From contig OX597814.1 in assembly GCA_951406725.2 (NCBI GenBank), forward strand, positions 90,520,001 through 90,584,000: a stretch of 64,000 bases of DNA. The letters are read 5' to 3'. Under the pieces are notes generated by a model. It ran no database searches, was not told where the DNA came from, and worked only from the letters and a program-made list of their open reading frames with translations. Below, piece after piece: positions 28,428 through 41,594 of the stretch. The stretch comes from Octopus vulgaris (taxonomy: Eukaryota). Both the position numbers and the translations under genes were made by a program. The number at the start of each line of letters is the position of its first letter. The first letter of the stretch is position 1.

Positions 28428-29100
28428 ATACGGGTACATGTCGTCACCAACAGTAAACAGTATGAAATACGAAAAGAAATGGGTTAAATACGCAAATAAT
28501 GAGAGAAACAAGGACAAAACCCTTCATCAGTTGTCGGTTGTCTATCTACTCCCCATTTCGAGCAATCAACGACAATATAAATCTTTGAAGACAGTTGCTC
28601 ACACAAATACAAAAATAAAATTTTGGACTTATGGAGGGTCAAAGTTAAGAACAAAAACAGGACACTGGAGACATATAGGGAAACCGAACGAAAACAAGCA
28701 TGGAGAGTCGTTAATCCTGAATGAGGTGAAAATAGTGAACGCTGAGAGAAATATTTTCTTTGAAAAGAGAAAAGATAGGAGAGATAGATAGGAGACATCC
28801 AGTCCTTAGAACGTCCGTGAAGGAAAGAAAGATGGTCACGTGAGGAAAAAAGATGGACGATGGTCTCGTGTGAGCAACGAGAGAGAGAGAAAGAGAAAAG
28901 GGAAAGAGGGAGAGAGAGACAGATAGAAAGCAGTGAGAGGGAGAAAAGGGGAATTAGAGAGGATAGTAGAGAAAACAGTATAGAGTAGTGTCGCATCAAA
29001 ACGTTTAAGATAAACTTACTTGGAAATATATGGGTACAGGAGGTCACCAACAGTAAACAGTATGGAATATGAAAACAAATGAGTTCTATATATAAATAAA
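28428..29100. repeat. Segment bounded by ~70-bp diverged direct repeats (probable PLE pseudo-LTR remnant)
   Basis: gggtaca...gtcaccaacagtaaacagtatg.aata.gaaaa.aaatg.gtt at ~28432 and ~29032. Confidence 0.6.
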
Positions 29101-29159
29101 TAAATAAATTTAATTTAGTATTAAATCAAATTTCACAATATAAATATAGAATATATAAC

Positions 29160-29454
29160 TTAGAGAAAAACCACTATGATGCAATTCAAACAATGATAGA
29201 CATAAACCAAATCATAAATAAAATATATTTTAAAGCATATAACTAGATCACAAAAAGTACAATAATGAATAAACAATATATAATAAGTAATAAGTAATAA
29301 GTATATATTATTATTTATTGTTTATTATATATTGTTTATTCATTATTGTATTTTTATGATTTAGTTATATGTTTTAAAATATATTTTATTTTTCATTTAT
29401 GATTTGGTTTATGTCTATCATTGTTTGAATTGCATAATAGTGGTTTTTCTCTAA
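29160..29454. repeat. Near-perfect long inverted repeat (arms 29160-29286 and 29322-29454)
   Basis: Arms are reverse complements with a few substitutions and one short indel; ~35-nt AT-rich spacer. Confidence 0.92.
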
Positions 29455-29460
29455 TGTATA

Positions 29461-29518
<58 letters not shown>

Positions 29519-30494
29519 TACATATACATATGTCTTTGAGTGTTTACATACACACATACGTACACACACACATATATCAGGTAGGCCTCTGCATATATTC
29601 CGACAATCCGGCAGTCATATTCCACACGCTGCAAGTGGAAATTCATGGTAGAAGAGGGCGTATAATGGAGTCAAACATGTATTTTTTTAACCAAAAATGT
29701 ATCTATAAACCATATACAAACACACACATTTTCATGTATATATGTATCTTCGTGTATGTGTGCGGCTGAGTGTGAAGGTGGACTTGTCTCTCTGTGTGTG
29801 TGGATGTATGTATGCTTGTGAGTATGCGAGTGGGTATGTGTGTTTGGTTGTTTGTGTGGGTGAGGTTTTGCTTGTGGGTGCGTGTGTGTGTGGTTGTTTG
29901 TGTGTGGTTGGAGTTATGCCTGTGGGTATGCGAGTGGGTATGTATGTGAGTGAGTGAGTGTGTGAGAGTGTGTGTGTGTGCATTTCTTTATTAAAAGATG
30001 TCGTTTCCTTTCGTCTCTACTTTCATTTTAATGCCAATCTTAATAACAAATGAAATAAACAGTATCCACAAGCACCAGAGTAGCGACAGAAATATTCTCC
30101 ACCTTCCAATAAACGAATAAACACTACTTGGATTGAATAAATACATGCTTCTATCGTGTGTGTAAACACAAACGTAGCTGCCTATCTTTCTACGCACACG
30201 CCTATACGCACGCGCATGCGAACGCACACATATATATTGATTTTTATACAATCTATTTTCTGGGTCTGTTTCTCCCCAGAATTTTAATTCATTAGCATTT
30301 CTTGTCCCAGTATATTAAATATGCTTATTTTACTATATGTGTTTTATGTTTCATGCTTACATTTGTAACACCATTCCACTTCAGTCGAATCATTGTTAAT
30401 TAGTAAAACTAGTCAAAGTGGAGTTGAACGTTTACTTTCACAAATTCGATGGGGATAAGGAGATTCAAGCTTAGCATATGATGTCAAAAACAGA

Positions 30495-30930
30495 CAGCGA
30501 GCTGGCACAATCGTTAGCACTCCTGACAAAATGCTTCGCAGTATTTCGCCTGTCTCTATGTTCTGTGTTCAAATTCGTCGAGGTTGACTTTACCTTTTAT
30601 CGTTTCAGAGTCGATAAAACAAGTACTGGGATTCGATGTGACCGAATTCCCCTTCTCATCAAAAGCTGCTGCTCCTGTGACAACATTTCAAGCCATTATT
30701 TATGAAACCAAAAAGGTGGTGTACTGGCAGAATGTTATCGATCTGGATAAGATGTTTTGCAGCATTTGTTTCGGCGCCTTACTTTCTGAGTTCAAATGAC
30801 CTCGAGGTCGACTTTGTCTTACATTTTTTCAGGGTCGATGAAATAAGTTTCAGATGAGCACTGGGTTCGAAGTAATCGACTGGCTCCCTCTGATTTTCAG
30901 GACTTGTACTTATAATAGAAATAATTATTA
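30495..30930 (+). mobile_element. Two tandem decayed SINEs of the gagctggcag family
   Basis: Both show tgagttcaaat...gaggtcgactttg...gggtcgat..aataagt similarity to the 37751 and 57500 copies. Confidence 0.75.
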
Positions 30931-31304
30931 TGAAGCCAAACTCTACCATAGCAAAGTATGTTTATAGTTCTGCTGCTGCTGTAGTCGTTATTGACAACGA
31001 TAGTGGCGACGATGACAATGATGATGGTTATTGTGTTCATGAGAAAAGAAACAAGAATTGGACGAGTTAGAAAATGGTAAGAGTGACAAAGAGGCGGATT
31101 ACTTTACAGTAACTAATATATCTAGACAAATCAGAAAACGCAAAAGCAGCAGCAGTTTCATTTACGTTGAAGATGCTAATGATCAAAAGGAGAAGCGGGA
31201 GAGGGGGAGAGATTAAGGAAAGAGATAATGATGATGATAACGACAACGACGACGGTGACGATGATAATGAAGACAAACAATGACGAAGAATATACCATTG
31301 CTAT

Positions 31305-31309
31305 TGATA

Positions 31310-31360
<51 letters not shown>

Positions 31361-31372
31361 GTGATGATGATA
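31305..31372. repeat. (GAT)n microsatellite
   Basis: Seen directly. Confidence 0.95.
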
Positions 31373-32110
31373 CATAGTATGTTTCATCTCTTTCCTAATC
31401 GATATCAGAATTTGAAACCTAACACAACGTTACGTATCAAAATTATGACTATTAGTTGATTAGTTTCGATAGCAACACTGATATGAAACAACAGGAAAAG
31501 AAGAAAGAATTGTTTAAATCGGAAACAACAATGAATCGTCATTTATTTGTTTGCACACATTAAACTTGAATGACATAAAGAACAAAAATAGGAATTTTAA
31601 AAAAAAATAATAAAAAGAGAACACGAGTTCATACAGTATTATGTCACATGTAAAATAATTAATGTAAGCACTAAAATGTTTGATGGCATGCTTGGAATTT
31701 CAGAAGTGAATAGCATTTGTAAAGCTGTAAAGAATTGCCAATGATTTAGATGTTTGCACTTCGGGATTGATGGTAATAATGCCTGAAAATGGAGAAAACA
31801 AAGTCAGTTGAAAATATATAACCATTTTTAAGTTTCTGAGTTTCTGATTTCAAATGCAATGATAATTCCTACTACGTCTTTGAAGTTTGTAGATATATAT
31901 ATTCGCGTTAAATTACGCCTAAATTCTTTGAATGATTTTCTATAATTCTAAATGCTCAGTTTTGTCTATTAGTTTTGAGGCATTTTCTCTCATTGCATGT
32001 AAGGTTTTTTTGCTAGAAGACACACAACCTAACCTATGCTATCAATCTATCTTTCCTATTTCTCTATCAAAATCGGAAAAAATAGACAGGGATTAAATAA
32101 CTCTTCCCAT

Positions 32111-32399
32111 CAGAGAAATGAGCCCCACGAAGTGGAGTGGTTACTGCAGCGATTATCGCTGGCTGTTCTCCGCGGCAACGCCATCGCGGTCATGACTACG
32201 GGGATTGGCTGAAGACACCAATCGTTCTTGGTGTACATGGCACCTCGGACCTCCCTTGTTCTACCGCTGTTTTATCCCTACCCCCTTTTTCCTTTTCTTT
32301 CTATACTTTTCTTATCTCTTTTCTTCCTCGTGTCTTTCTATTTAAATGTTCTAATAAAATCATTCGACCAATCGAAAAAAAAAGAAAAAAAAAGAAAAA
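32111..32399 (+). mobile_element. Second CRE-like retrotransposon 3' end with poly(A) tail
   Basis: 32111-32212 translates QRNEPHEVEWLLQRLSLAVLRGNAIAVMTTGIG*; followed by a UTR, aataaa and an A-rich tail 32373-32399; this frame is not in the ORF track. Confidence 0.75.
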
Positions 32400-32724
32400 T
32401 GGAATAAACGAAACCAGTAGTTTATATTTGTCGGTATAAAAGCCGAATACGTTCTTTAAGTTATATTCTGTTACCTTCATGCTAATTTTATTTCTAAAAC
32501 TAATCCCAGCTTGAATATATTTCCTGAAGAATCCAAGTTTACATTTTGAGCGGAAAATTAACATGCATTTAGCATTGTATTTGATACGTTCTCTAGATCC
32601 TAAAGGTTACGTACAGTTTGGTTTTTCTAATTTTAGTTGGGGTGCTAGTTCTTTTTTCATTTACGTTTACGTTGTGATGGGTAATAAGATGATCTTTTTA
32701 TATGCTTCTGTTCTATTTTGGTAA

Positions 32725-32938
32725 TAGAGGTGCTGAAAAGTTCCTGACTTTGGTAAAGGACAATACAGGAGGATCAGTTACTAATGATTGTATTCAACAT
32801 AGCCCCCTCTTAGATCCACATACCGATTGCAGCGGTCCTTCAGTTTTTCTAAGCTTCGTAAAAAACAAAGACGGTTGAGTCTCCAACAAGGTCTTTCGGG
32901 ATACCTTTATAGTCAGGAAATTTTCATCACACCCTCGT
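32725..32938 (-). mobile_element. Mariner-derived MITE
   Basis: TIRs gaggtgctgaaaagttcctgact / agtcaggaaattttcatcacaccctcg; internal minus strand KLKDRCNRYVDLRGGYVE matches a mariner transposase C-terminus. Confidence 0.8.
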
Positions 32939-33524
32939 GTGAATTTGAGAATTTGAGAATGTCGTGAGTCGCTTGTGTTGTCAGCAATGGTGATTATTTA
33001 AGAAATAATTATGGAAGAGGATGTTGTGATTTTAGAAGCATAGATTCGTTATGGCCATCTGTGTATCATATCTAATATAGATACATCATGAAAAAGTACA
33101 TTTACCGCATGTTTTTCCCGATTGTTATCCAGTGAGGCGACTAATTGCAACACCAGCGATTATTTATACGCTGTTTTCTCATACCAATAGCAATGAATTT
33201 TGTGTCAGCATGAGGTTGTCTGAGGACATGCTAACAACAACTTCAATGAGGCAGAAATGTGCATCTAGTTATTTCATCACGACTACTGGGCAATTTTCGT
33301 TTCCTAGTGATATATTTGTGTTCTAAAATAGTACAGCCATAAGAGATGTTATTTCAGAACTACTATTGCAATAAATTTCTTTTTCGCGATGTATCCACAT
33401 TAAGTGTAATACATCGATGTCTTATTATTTAGAAAAAAATGACCCAATTTAAAACATCCAAGTTTCTTAATAATGTGTGTGTGTGTGTGCGCGCGCAAAT
33501 CGTTTTTGGTTATGAATGAAAATA

Positions 33525-33735
<211 letters not shown>

Positions 33736-34816
33736 ACTATGTAGTTGTGTATGTTATGTATCTATGCATCTATCTATCTTTTTATTCATGTGAACGTATG
33801 AGCTATGGTGACTGCTATCATTATATTATATATGCCGAATGCGTGTAACAAAAACACTGACGAAAAAATATAAACGAATACATTGACCTGAAGCATCCAT
33901 TACTTGTTCGGTAAAATGTATCAGCTTTTCCCATTGCACATGCAAATAAAGTTAGCGTAGTACTAATTTTACTTTCAGAAACCTTACATTTCCCATGCAT
34001 TTGGTTGTTTTGGTTTATGGATAATCTATTATGTGCATATAAATAAGTCTACTGGATATAATCTGCAGTTTTATGAAGACAGAACACATATATTAAAATT
34101 TATTGACATCTTTTCTCTTAAGACTGACGATCATTTATACATATTAAAAATGTATTTTCCACTTCTTGCAACCATCATTATCGACAGTGCACGAAAGAAA
34201 ATATTGTGCAATTGCTTTCCGGCTTTCCGTCCCTTTAATTTCTCTGTGCAAATCGGAATAGAAGATAATTTACCATAAAAGACACATGATAAAGACTAGC
34301 GTTGGATCAAAAGAAAAAGTAACTTGTTTCACAATAAATCTTTGGTAGCTTGTTCGTGTTAGGGGAAAACTGCCAGTATATTGTTAGATTATTCCTCCTG
34401 ACAGCTTCTCTCAATACGAACTGTCACGTTAAGGGCAATTTCAGGGAGAACTTAAACAAGAATATTTAAGTCGTTTGCTTTAAACAAATATATTACTAAC
34501 AAATTGAAACTTTCAGTTTATTTACACTACTTTAGAATTCAAATTGGTAAAGAGTAATACTAGACTGAACCAATATGGAAAATTCAGTGAATCTAGCGTT
34601 AATTAGTATAATAGTTGATGGCACCACTAAGTTATCATTCCATAGAGATAAAGTTTTCAGAACTGCTACATGCTACTGTAAGTCGGGAATGAGGAGTGGT
34701 TTCAGTGAGCAGTCAGTGAACATCGAGGATTCCTTATAAGAGAGCTTGTTCCTTCCTCCGTTCAACTTAGATGCATCTGCTAACAAAAATATAAAATGTT
34801 ATCATTAATGGATATA

Positions 34817-34987
34817 GGTTTAGGAGTGGCTGTGTGATAAGTACCTCGCCTACCAACCACATGGTTCCGGGTTCAGTCCCACAGCGTGGCACCTTGGGCA
34901 AGTATCTTCTACTATAGCCTCGGGCCGACCAAAGCCTTGTGAATGGAGTTGATAGACAGAAACTGAATGAAGCCCGTCGTATATATG

Positions 34988-35061
<74 letters not shown>

Positions 35062-35317
35062 GTGTGTCTGTGTCTGTCTGTCTGTGTGTGTGTGTGTGTG
35101 TTTGTGTGTCTGTGTTTGTCCCCCAACATCGCTTGACAACCGATCCTGGTGTGTTTACGACCCCGTAACGTAGCGGTTCGGCAAAAGAGACCGATAGAAT
35201 AAGTACTAGGCGTACAAAGAATAAGTCCTGGGGTGGATTTGCTCGACTAAAAGCGGTGCTCCAGCATGGCCACAGTCAAATGACTGAAACAATTAAAAGA
35301 GTAAAAAAATAAGAGTA
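34817..35317 (+). mobile_element. Full-length long tRNA-derived SINE with internal (TA)n(TG)n
   Basis: A box tggctgtgtg, B box gggttcagtccc, body ccttgggcaagt...gacagaaactga, tail ccagcatggcc.cagtcaaatgactgaaac; many other copies in the window. Confidence 0.92.
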
Positions 35318-35344
35318 ACGTTATCCTTAATGGTAATTTTGTTT

Positions 35345-36102
35345 GCCATTTAAACACGCCTATCTATTTGTTCTTCCCTCATTTATTAGTGTTCTTATTC
35401 TAACTCATGTCAATTGTCCGAAAATCTTTAGTCTCACATCTGTGACTAATTCAGAGGCAATTTTTGTCTTCGTGTGTGCTCTGGTTCCACACATTTCCTA
35501 CTGCTCTTCTATGATGTGTATCAGTATGTGCGCATGGTTCTGTGTCCGTGTTTGTGTGTGTCTGTGCTTGTGCGTGTGTCATTGCTCTTAGTAGCAGTAT
35601 TACCTTTCCCTCAGCCCCAGCCTCTCCCCACGTTGCCGCTACTGCTGTGCTAGGTCCCCAAAATTTGGTACATTTCCTGTATCACTCTATGATTTTGTGT
35701 TCCATCGCGGTGCTGTCATCGTGGTAGTTGTTGTTGTTATTGCCATCATTTTCCCGCGCCTGTCTATTGTGTGTGCATTACGCTGTTTGTATCTGCGTCT
35801 TATTTATTATTATTTTTTCTCTCTTCTTATCCCTTCAATCTTTAGTCATGTCGTGAGTGTTATTGTTCCATTCGTGTTTTCTATTGAAGCTCGGTTTGTC
35901 TACTGCTACGTGTGTAGCCTCTGTGATCTAAGTATCGTGCCAGTTCTTTTCATCGATAATACTTTAACTTCTATGCTATCAATCGAGCCTCCATGTTCTG
36001 CATGAGCATGTTGGTAGAGCACTGACGAGATTTTCTCGTCTTTGGGCTCTCGTCAGTGACCACCTATACTCTCCTCCATGGTACGTGCAGTTTCTGCAAT
36101 GT
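35345..36102 (-). mobile_element. PLE 3' fragment (GIY-YIG end plus UTR), left arm of a fold-back pair
   Basis: Minus strand YIAETARTMEESIGGH..SSVLYQHAHAEHGGSIDSIEVKVLS, homologous to the C-terminus of the 24823 element. Confidence 0.85.
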
Positions 36103-36110
36103 AACTAGTT

Positions 36111-37040
36111 GTAGACATTGGAGAGACTGCACTCAGCATAGGAGAACGCAGAGGTGGACATTGGCGAGATCTTAAAGAAGAGAAAGGCTTGTAAATTATC
36201 TACCAGCATGCTCATGCAGAACATGGAAGCTCGATTAATAGTATTATCGACGCATAGAACTGACACAACACTTAGACAGATCACAAAGGCTACACACATA
36301 GCAGTAGACAGACCGAACCTCACAAAAAAACACGAATGGAACAATAACACCCACTACTACACCACACCACATGAGTAAAGACAGAAGGGAGGAGAAGAGA
36401 AAGCGAACAAATAATAATAAATAGAAACATACAAACAAGGTAATACACACACAATACATAGATATGCAGATACCTGTGATACACATAAGAAATAAAGATA
36501 GACAAATAAAATAAATAAATATATTTGTCACATACTTGTGATAAATATAACAAATAGAGATAGATAAAAAGAAATAATTAAATAAATCTATATAAATGGC
36601 ATGAATACAAATAACATAATAAGCGAACCCATATACAGACACAAACACACACTTTAACTTTAGAGACGGCCGCAACAGTTTCAAAAACACGATTAACAAC
36701 GATAGCAGCAGCGAAAATGGGAGAGAGGATAGGGCTGAGGGGAAGGTCATACTGCTACTAAGATCAATGACACACATACACACAGACACACTAACACACA
36801 AACACAAACACAAACACACACATACACACACACACACACGCGCGCGCGCGCGCGCATGCTCCCATAAGGATACACATCGTAGAAAAGCAGAAGGAAGTAA
36901 GTGGAGCAAGAGCTCATACGAAGATGAAAAGTGTCACTGAAGAGGCCACAGATGTTTGACAAAAGATTTTCAGACAATGGACATTAGTTAGAATAAGAAC
37001 AGTAATAAACGAGCGAAGGCCAAATATATAGCGTATTTAT
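36111..37040 (+). mobile_element. PLE 3' fragment, right arm of the fold-back pair
   Basis: DIGETALSIGER..YQHAHAEHG and LSTHRTDTTLRQITKATHIAVDRPNL; UTR matches the reverse complement of 35345-35620; decayed hammerhead-like motif at ~36932-36976. Confidence 0.85.
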
Positions 37041-37304
37041 CCCACTCCCCGCCCAAAAATAGATACCAGCCCAAAATACAATATATATATATATTATATA
37101 TATATATATGCGTTATGCGTGTGCTTCTGTCTGCATGTAAGCATACATGTATGTCCCTATGTGCGTGCGAATGTTTGCATGTGTATATACGCTTGCATAT
37201 ATATGTGTAAGTATGTATGTAGGACAAAAGCCCCATAGTTAAGGTGTGAAAGTGGACAAAACTCCACGGTTATATTTTACGATTTCTTTTTCGTTTTTTC
37301 CCAA

Positions 37305-37339
37305 CGTTTACTTATTTCAGTCATTAAACTGCGGCTACG

Positions 37340-37418
<79 letters not shown>

Positions 37419-39188
37419 ATATATATATATATATATACGAAGGGTTTCTTTCTCTTTCCGTCTACCAAATCCACTCAGAATGCTATGGTAGAAGACACTT
37501 GTCCCACGGTTATCTTCCACTTTACAATTTTTATTTGTTTTTTCCTTTTTACTTGCTACAGTTATTAGAGTGCAGCCAAATTTTTTTAGTCGAATGTATC
37601 GACACTATAATTCTTTTTTATATTTTTACTTGTTGCAGTTATAAGACTGGTACCATGCTGGGGCACCGCTTTGAAGAATTTTTGGTCGAATGTAACGACG
37701 CTAGAAATTTTTTAATGATTTTCAACCAGCGCATGAAGTTTAGCCTAGAAGAGCTGGCAGAAACGTTAGCACGCCGGGCGAAATGCTTAGCAGTATTTCG
37801 TCTGCCGCTATGTTCTAAGTTCAAATTCCGCCGAGGTCGACTTTGCCTTTCATCCTTTCGGGGTCGATTAAATAAGTACCAGTTACGCACTGGGGTCGAT
37901 ATAATCGACTTAATCCGTTTGTCTGTCCTTGTTTGTCCTCTCTGTGTTTAGCCCCTTGTGAGTAGTAAAGAAATAGGTATCTCCGCATGCTAGAAACGAG
38001 AGCCAAATTTCTTGAAATTTTTATAACCTCCTCGGTTTTTTATATTTTCTAAAATCTTTTTTACTTGTCATTGGATTGCGGCCATGCTGGGGCACTACCT
38101 TGAAACATTTTTCGTCGCAGAAAAATCCACATTTTAAAGTATTTTTTAAATGACTTTTGTTTTCTTCTCTCAGCGCTTACAGATTAATGAGCATAAGTTG
38201 ACATTTCGAACTTTCTCCGGCCGTTGAAAGTGTAACAGGAGGCTATTCATTCAAACGTACTTATTATTATTTGTCTAAATAGGGTGATGGATGTTTCTTC
38301 ATAAAAATGACAAATTCTGGTTTTTGTGAAGATAAAACATTCCAGAGACGTGTGTTATATTTACTTTCATTTTATGTGTGTATATACAGTCATTCAAGCG
38401 CACTTCTTATTGTATTTATGTCTCCACACATTTCTTGAAGTAAATGTTTTCCCTTTTGTTAGAATTCAGACAATAAGTACATTGAGTAGTAAAGTGTCTT
38501 GTGTTCTGTTATTCTATTACTGATGTTAAGATTGAATTATTTTCAATTTCATACTTTCAAATTGTTCTAGAAACGAGGATCCATCTGAAACATACCACTG
38601 TGAGGGACATAGATGTTTTGACACCGTTTTTCGATTGAATATATTTTGTTTACGTAAAAATTGGAATTTTGGAAAATATTTTTTTTCTTACAAAGGAGAT
38701 TTCCGTTTTTGTTTACCTGAAATTATAAAAAGAGTTCTAATGTTTAGATGTTATTTCTAGCATGTGGAGAGACTTTCTAGGCTTCACTTTATGTGCTGGT
38801 TGAAAATCACATAACAAAAAATACTGGGGTCGATACATATGGCTAAAAATTCTTGAAGACGGTGCCCCAGCATGGCCGCAGTCCAGTGACTGAAACAAGT
38901 AAAAATAATTTTAGAAAAAAAATTAGGAAGAACCAAAAACTATAACCGAGAGGTGTGGTAAAAATTTCAAGAGATTTAACTCTTATTTGTAGCATGTCGA
39001 ACGACATTCCTGGCTCCACTTCAAGCGCTGGTTGAAAATCAACTAAAACAATACTGAGGTCGATACACTCAACTAAAACTTCTGAAAACGAAAAAATAAT
39101 CGAAAAATATAACCGTGGGGCAAGTGTCTTCTACTATAGCCTATAGTGAGTGAATTTGTGGATTTGGTAGACAGAAAGCGAAAAAAGC

Positions 39189-39219
<31 letters not shown>

Positions 39220-39434
39220 GAGTGCGTGTATATGTCTGTGCGTCTATGTTTGTCCGCCTAACATCGCTTGACAACCGATACTGATGCGTTTACGTACCCA
39301 TAAAATAGCGGTTCGACAATAAAGACCGATAGAATAACTTTAGGCTTACAAAGAATAAGTCCTGAGGCCGATTTGCTCGACAAAAGGCGGCGCTTCTGTA
39401 TGGCTGCAGTCAAATGACTGAAATAAGTAAAAGA

Positions 39435-39436
<2 letters not shown>
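37305..39436. mobile_element. Composite fold-back structure with modular inverted arms built partly from SINE pieces
   Basis: gaagacacttgtcccacggttat (~37492) mirrors ataaccgtggggcaagtgtcttc (39109); gattttcaaccagc mirrors gctggttgaaaatc (two copies); gcatgctagaaa mirrors tttctagcatg; spacer ~38110-38750. Confidence 0.65.
37751..37976 (+). mobile_element. Young SINE (gagctggcagaaacgttagc family)
   Basis: High identity to the 57500 copy; B box agttcaaattcc; inserted into the left arm of the fold-back structure. Confidence 0.92.
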
Positions 39437-39502
<66 letters not shown>

Positions 39503-39557
39503 GAATGTCTGTATGTGTGTATGTTTGTCTATAAATATCTATCTATCTATCTATCTA

Positions 39558-39601
<44 letters not shown>

Positions 39602-40128
39602 GCATAGTATCGATGGAATATTGTACATAGCTGGTCACAATGCTTTCTGCATTCTTTTTGATTTTAAATGACTTCACCCCGCTGGCTAGGTAGGTAGGCC
39701 AATATTTCCAATGAACGGAAGCTCAGCCCGTCTCAGGCTTACGTATTTAGAGGTACATGACCTGGAGCAATGAAAAGTAACGAAACTCATTGAATAGAAA
39801 CCATAACCTCACGTTCGTGATTACATCACCCTAGGCGATTCTTATATATATACCTACACACATATACATGCATCATTATTTCTCTCTGAAGCTAGAATAA
39901 TCCGGTTATATATTGACATCTTACCTTCATTCGCTGAGAAGTGCAACATATGTGCTACTATTTATGAAACAGCTGTAAGAGACTATCTGGACACAGTCTA
40001 ACTCCTTTATTTCTTAAGATATACTTATTTCTAACGTCTCTCTTAAAACAATGATATATAAATTTTTGATTTCAGTCCTTTATCCTGGTAACAGATGTTT
40101 GCGTGCTCATTTCTCCTTACTATTTCCT

Positions 40129-40169
<41 letters not shown>

Positions 40170-40177
40170 AGTATTGC

Positions 40178-40297
40178 TGGCCTGCTTGCTTAGTCAGCAG
40201 GGTGGCGTCATTTGAAGGCTAAAACAATACGAAACGCATTGTGACCAGCGATGTGTAGTAACATCTGATAGCCTAGTCGATCACGGTGATCACGGCG
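40178..40297 (+). mobile_element. 5'-truncated retroposed tail fragment with 15-bp TSD
   Basis: atatataagtattgc at 40163-40177 and 40298-40312; the insert matches the tail of SINE 58440-58741. Confidence 0.85.
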
Positions 40298-40882
40298 ATA
40301 TATAAGTATTGCATTGTAAAGAAAAGATTGTCTCGTACGGGTAACAAATTGCTGAAAGATGATGAAATTTATTGATGCCTTTTAAGCATATTAATCTACC
40401 CAAGTCAGTCAATGCACTGGTCTATCACAATGCCTTCCCATACTTCGCATCAGACGCCGGGTGAGTGAAGAAGATGGATATGTGTACGTGCGAAGAGGGA
40501 GTTTGTAAGACGAAGCGAGTAAATCATGAGTGTAGCGTTACATACTGAAAGACAGAAATATCCTATTGATATGATTAGACACTGACAAATTACAATATAT
40601 GATAAATGAGAGAAGTTTAATCGGATTATCATTTAAAATCTCTTGCAGAGATTTAGCGAATCGATTTACAAAGCGTATGACATTAGGAGACAGTTTGTGA
40701 TCAAACGTAACTAATGTGACTGTATGTAGGTTGTTCCTACACCTATTAAGTTTATACAATATATATGCATAGTGACACAGTAGGTTTCTAAGTAGCAACT
40801 CAGCCAGACGCACAACCACAGGTAGAACCACTCCCAAACTTACGAAGTACAAACACACACATGCACAGATATTATATAAATA

Positions 40883-41480
40883 TCTTTTATCTTTTACTTG
40901 CTTCAGTCATTAGACTGCAGCCATCTCGGAGCACCGCTTTGAAGATATTTTAGTCGAATGAGTAGCGGTTCAACAAAAGACACCGATAGACTAGGCTTAC
41001 AAAGAATAAGTCCTGGGGGATTTGCTCGACTAAAGGCAGTGCTTCAGCATGGCCGCAGTCAAATAACTGAAACGAACAAAAGAATAAAAGAATAATGCAA
41101 ATACATTATACGTCTGGCACTTATTTTTTCGGTCTCTTGGCGAAACTTCTAAGTTATGAAGACGTAAACACTGCAACATCGATTGCCAAGCAGTGATGAT
41201 GTGTCAAACACAAACGCAAGGACATACAACCCCCACTCACATCAATACACATACACACGCACGCACGCACACACACACACGCACCCACACACACACACAC
41301 ATACACATACACATACATATATACGACGGGCGTCTTTCAGTTTCCGGCTACCAAAGTCACTCTCAAGGCTTTGCTCGGCTCGATGCTTATTGCCAAATAC
41401 ACTTGCCTAAGGTGCTACGCAATGGAACTGAACACGGAACCATATGGTTGGGAAGCAACCCTTTACTACATAGCCACGCC
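40883..41480 (-). mobile_element. Decayed long SINE (minus) with a plus-strand tail of the same family nested at ~40960-41095
   Basis: Matches to head, body and tail of the 34817 SINE in both orientations. Confidence 0.75.
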
Positions 41481-41594
41481 TATATGCTATATAACACACA
41501 TTTAATATTATCTATGCATTTATATTTATATTATATACCATACAATATTATGTATGTTTTAAATATGATATATATATATACATATATATATATA

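Noticed and set aside
30980-31375. Acidic/basic open stretch on the plus strand
   Set aside because: Low-complexity trinucleotide-derived sequence without convincing splice sites or motif
33209-33252. Possible miRNA hairpin
   Set aside because: Only about 11 bp of pairing, too short for a pre-miRNA
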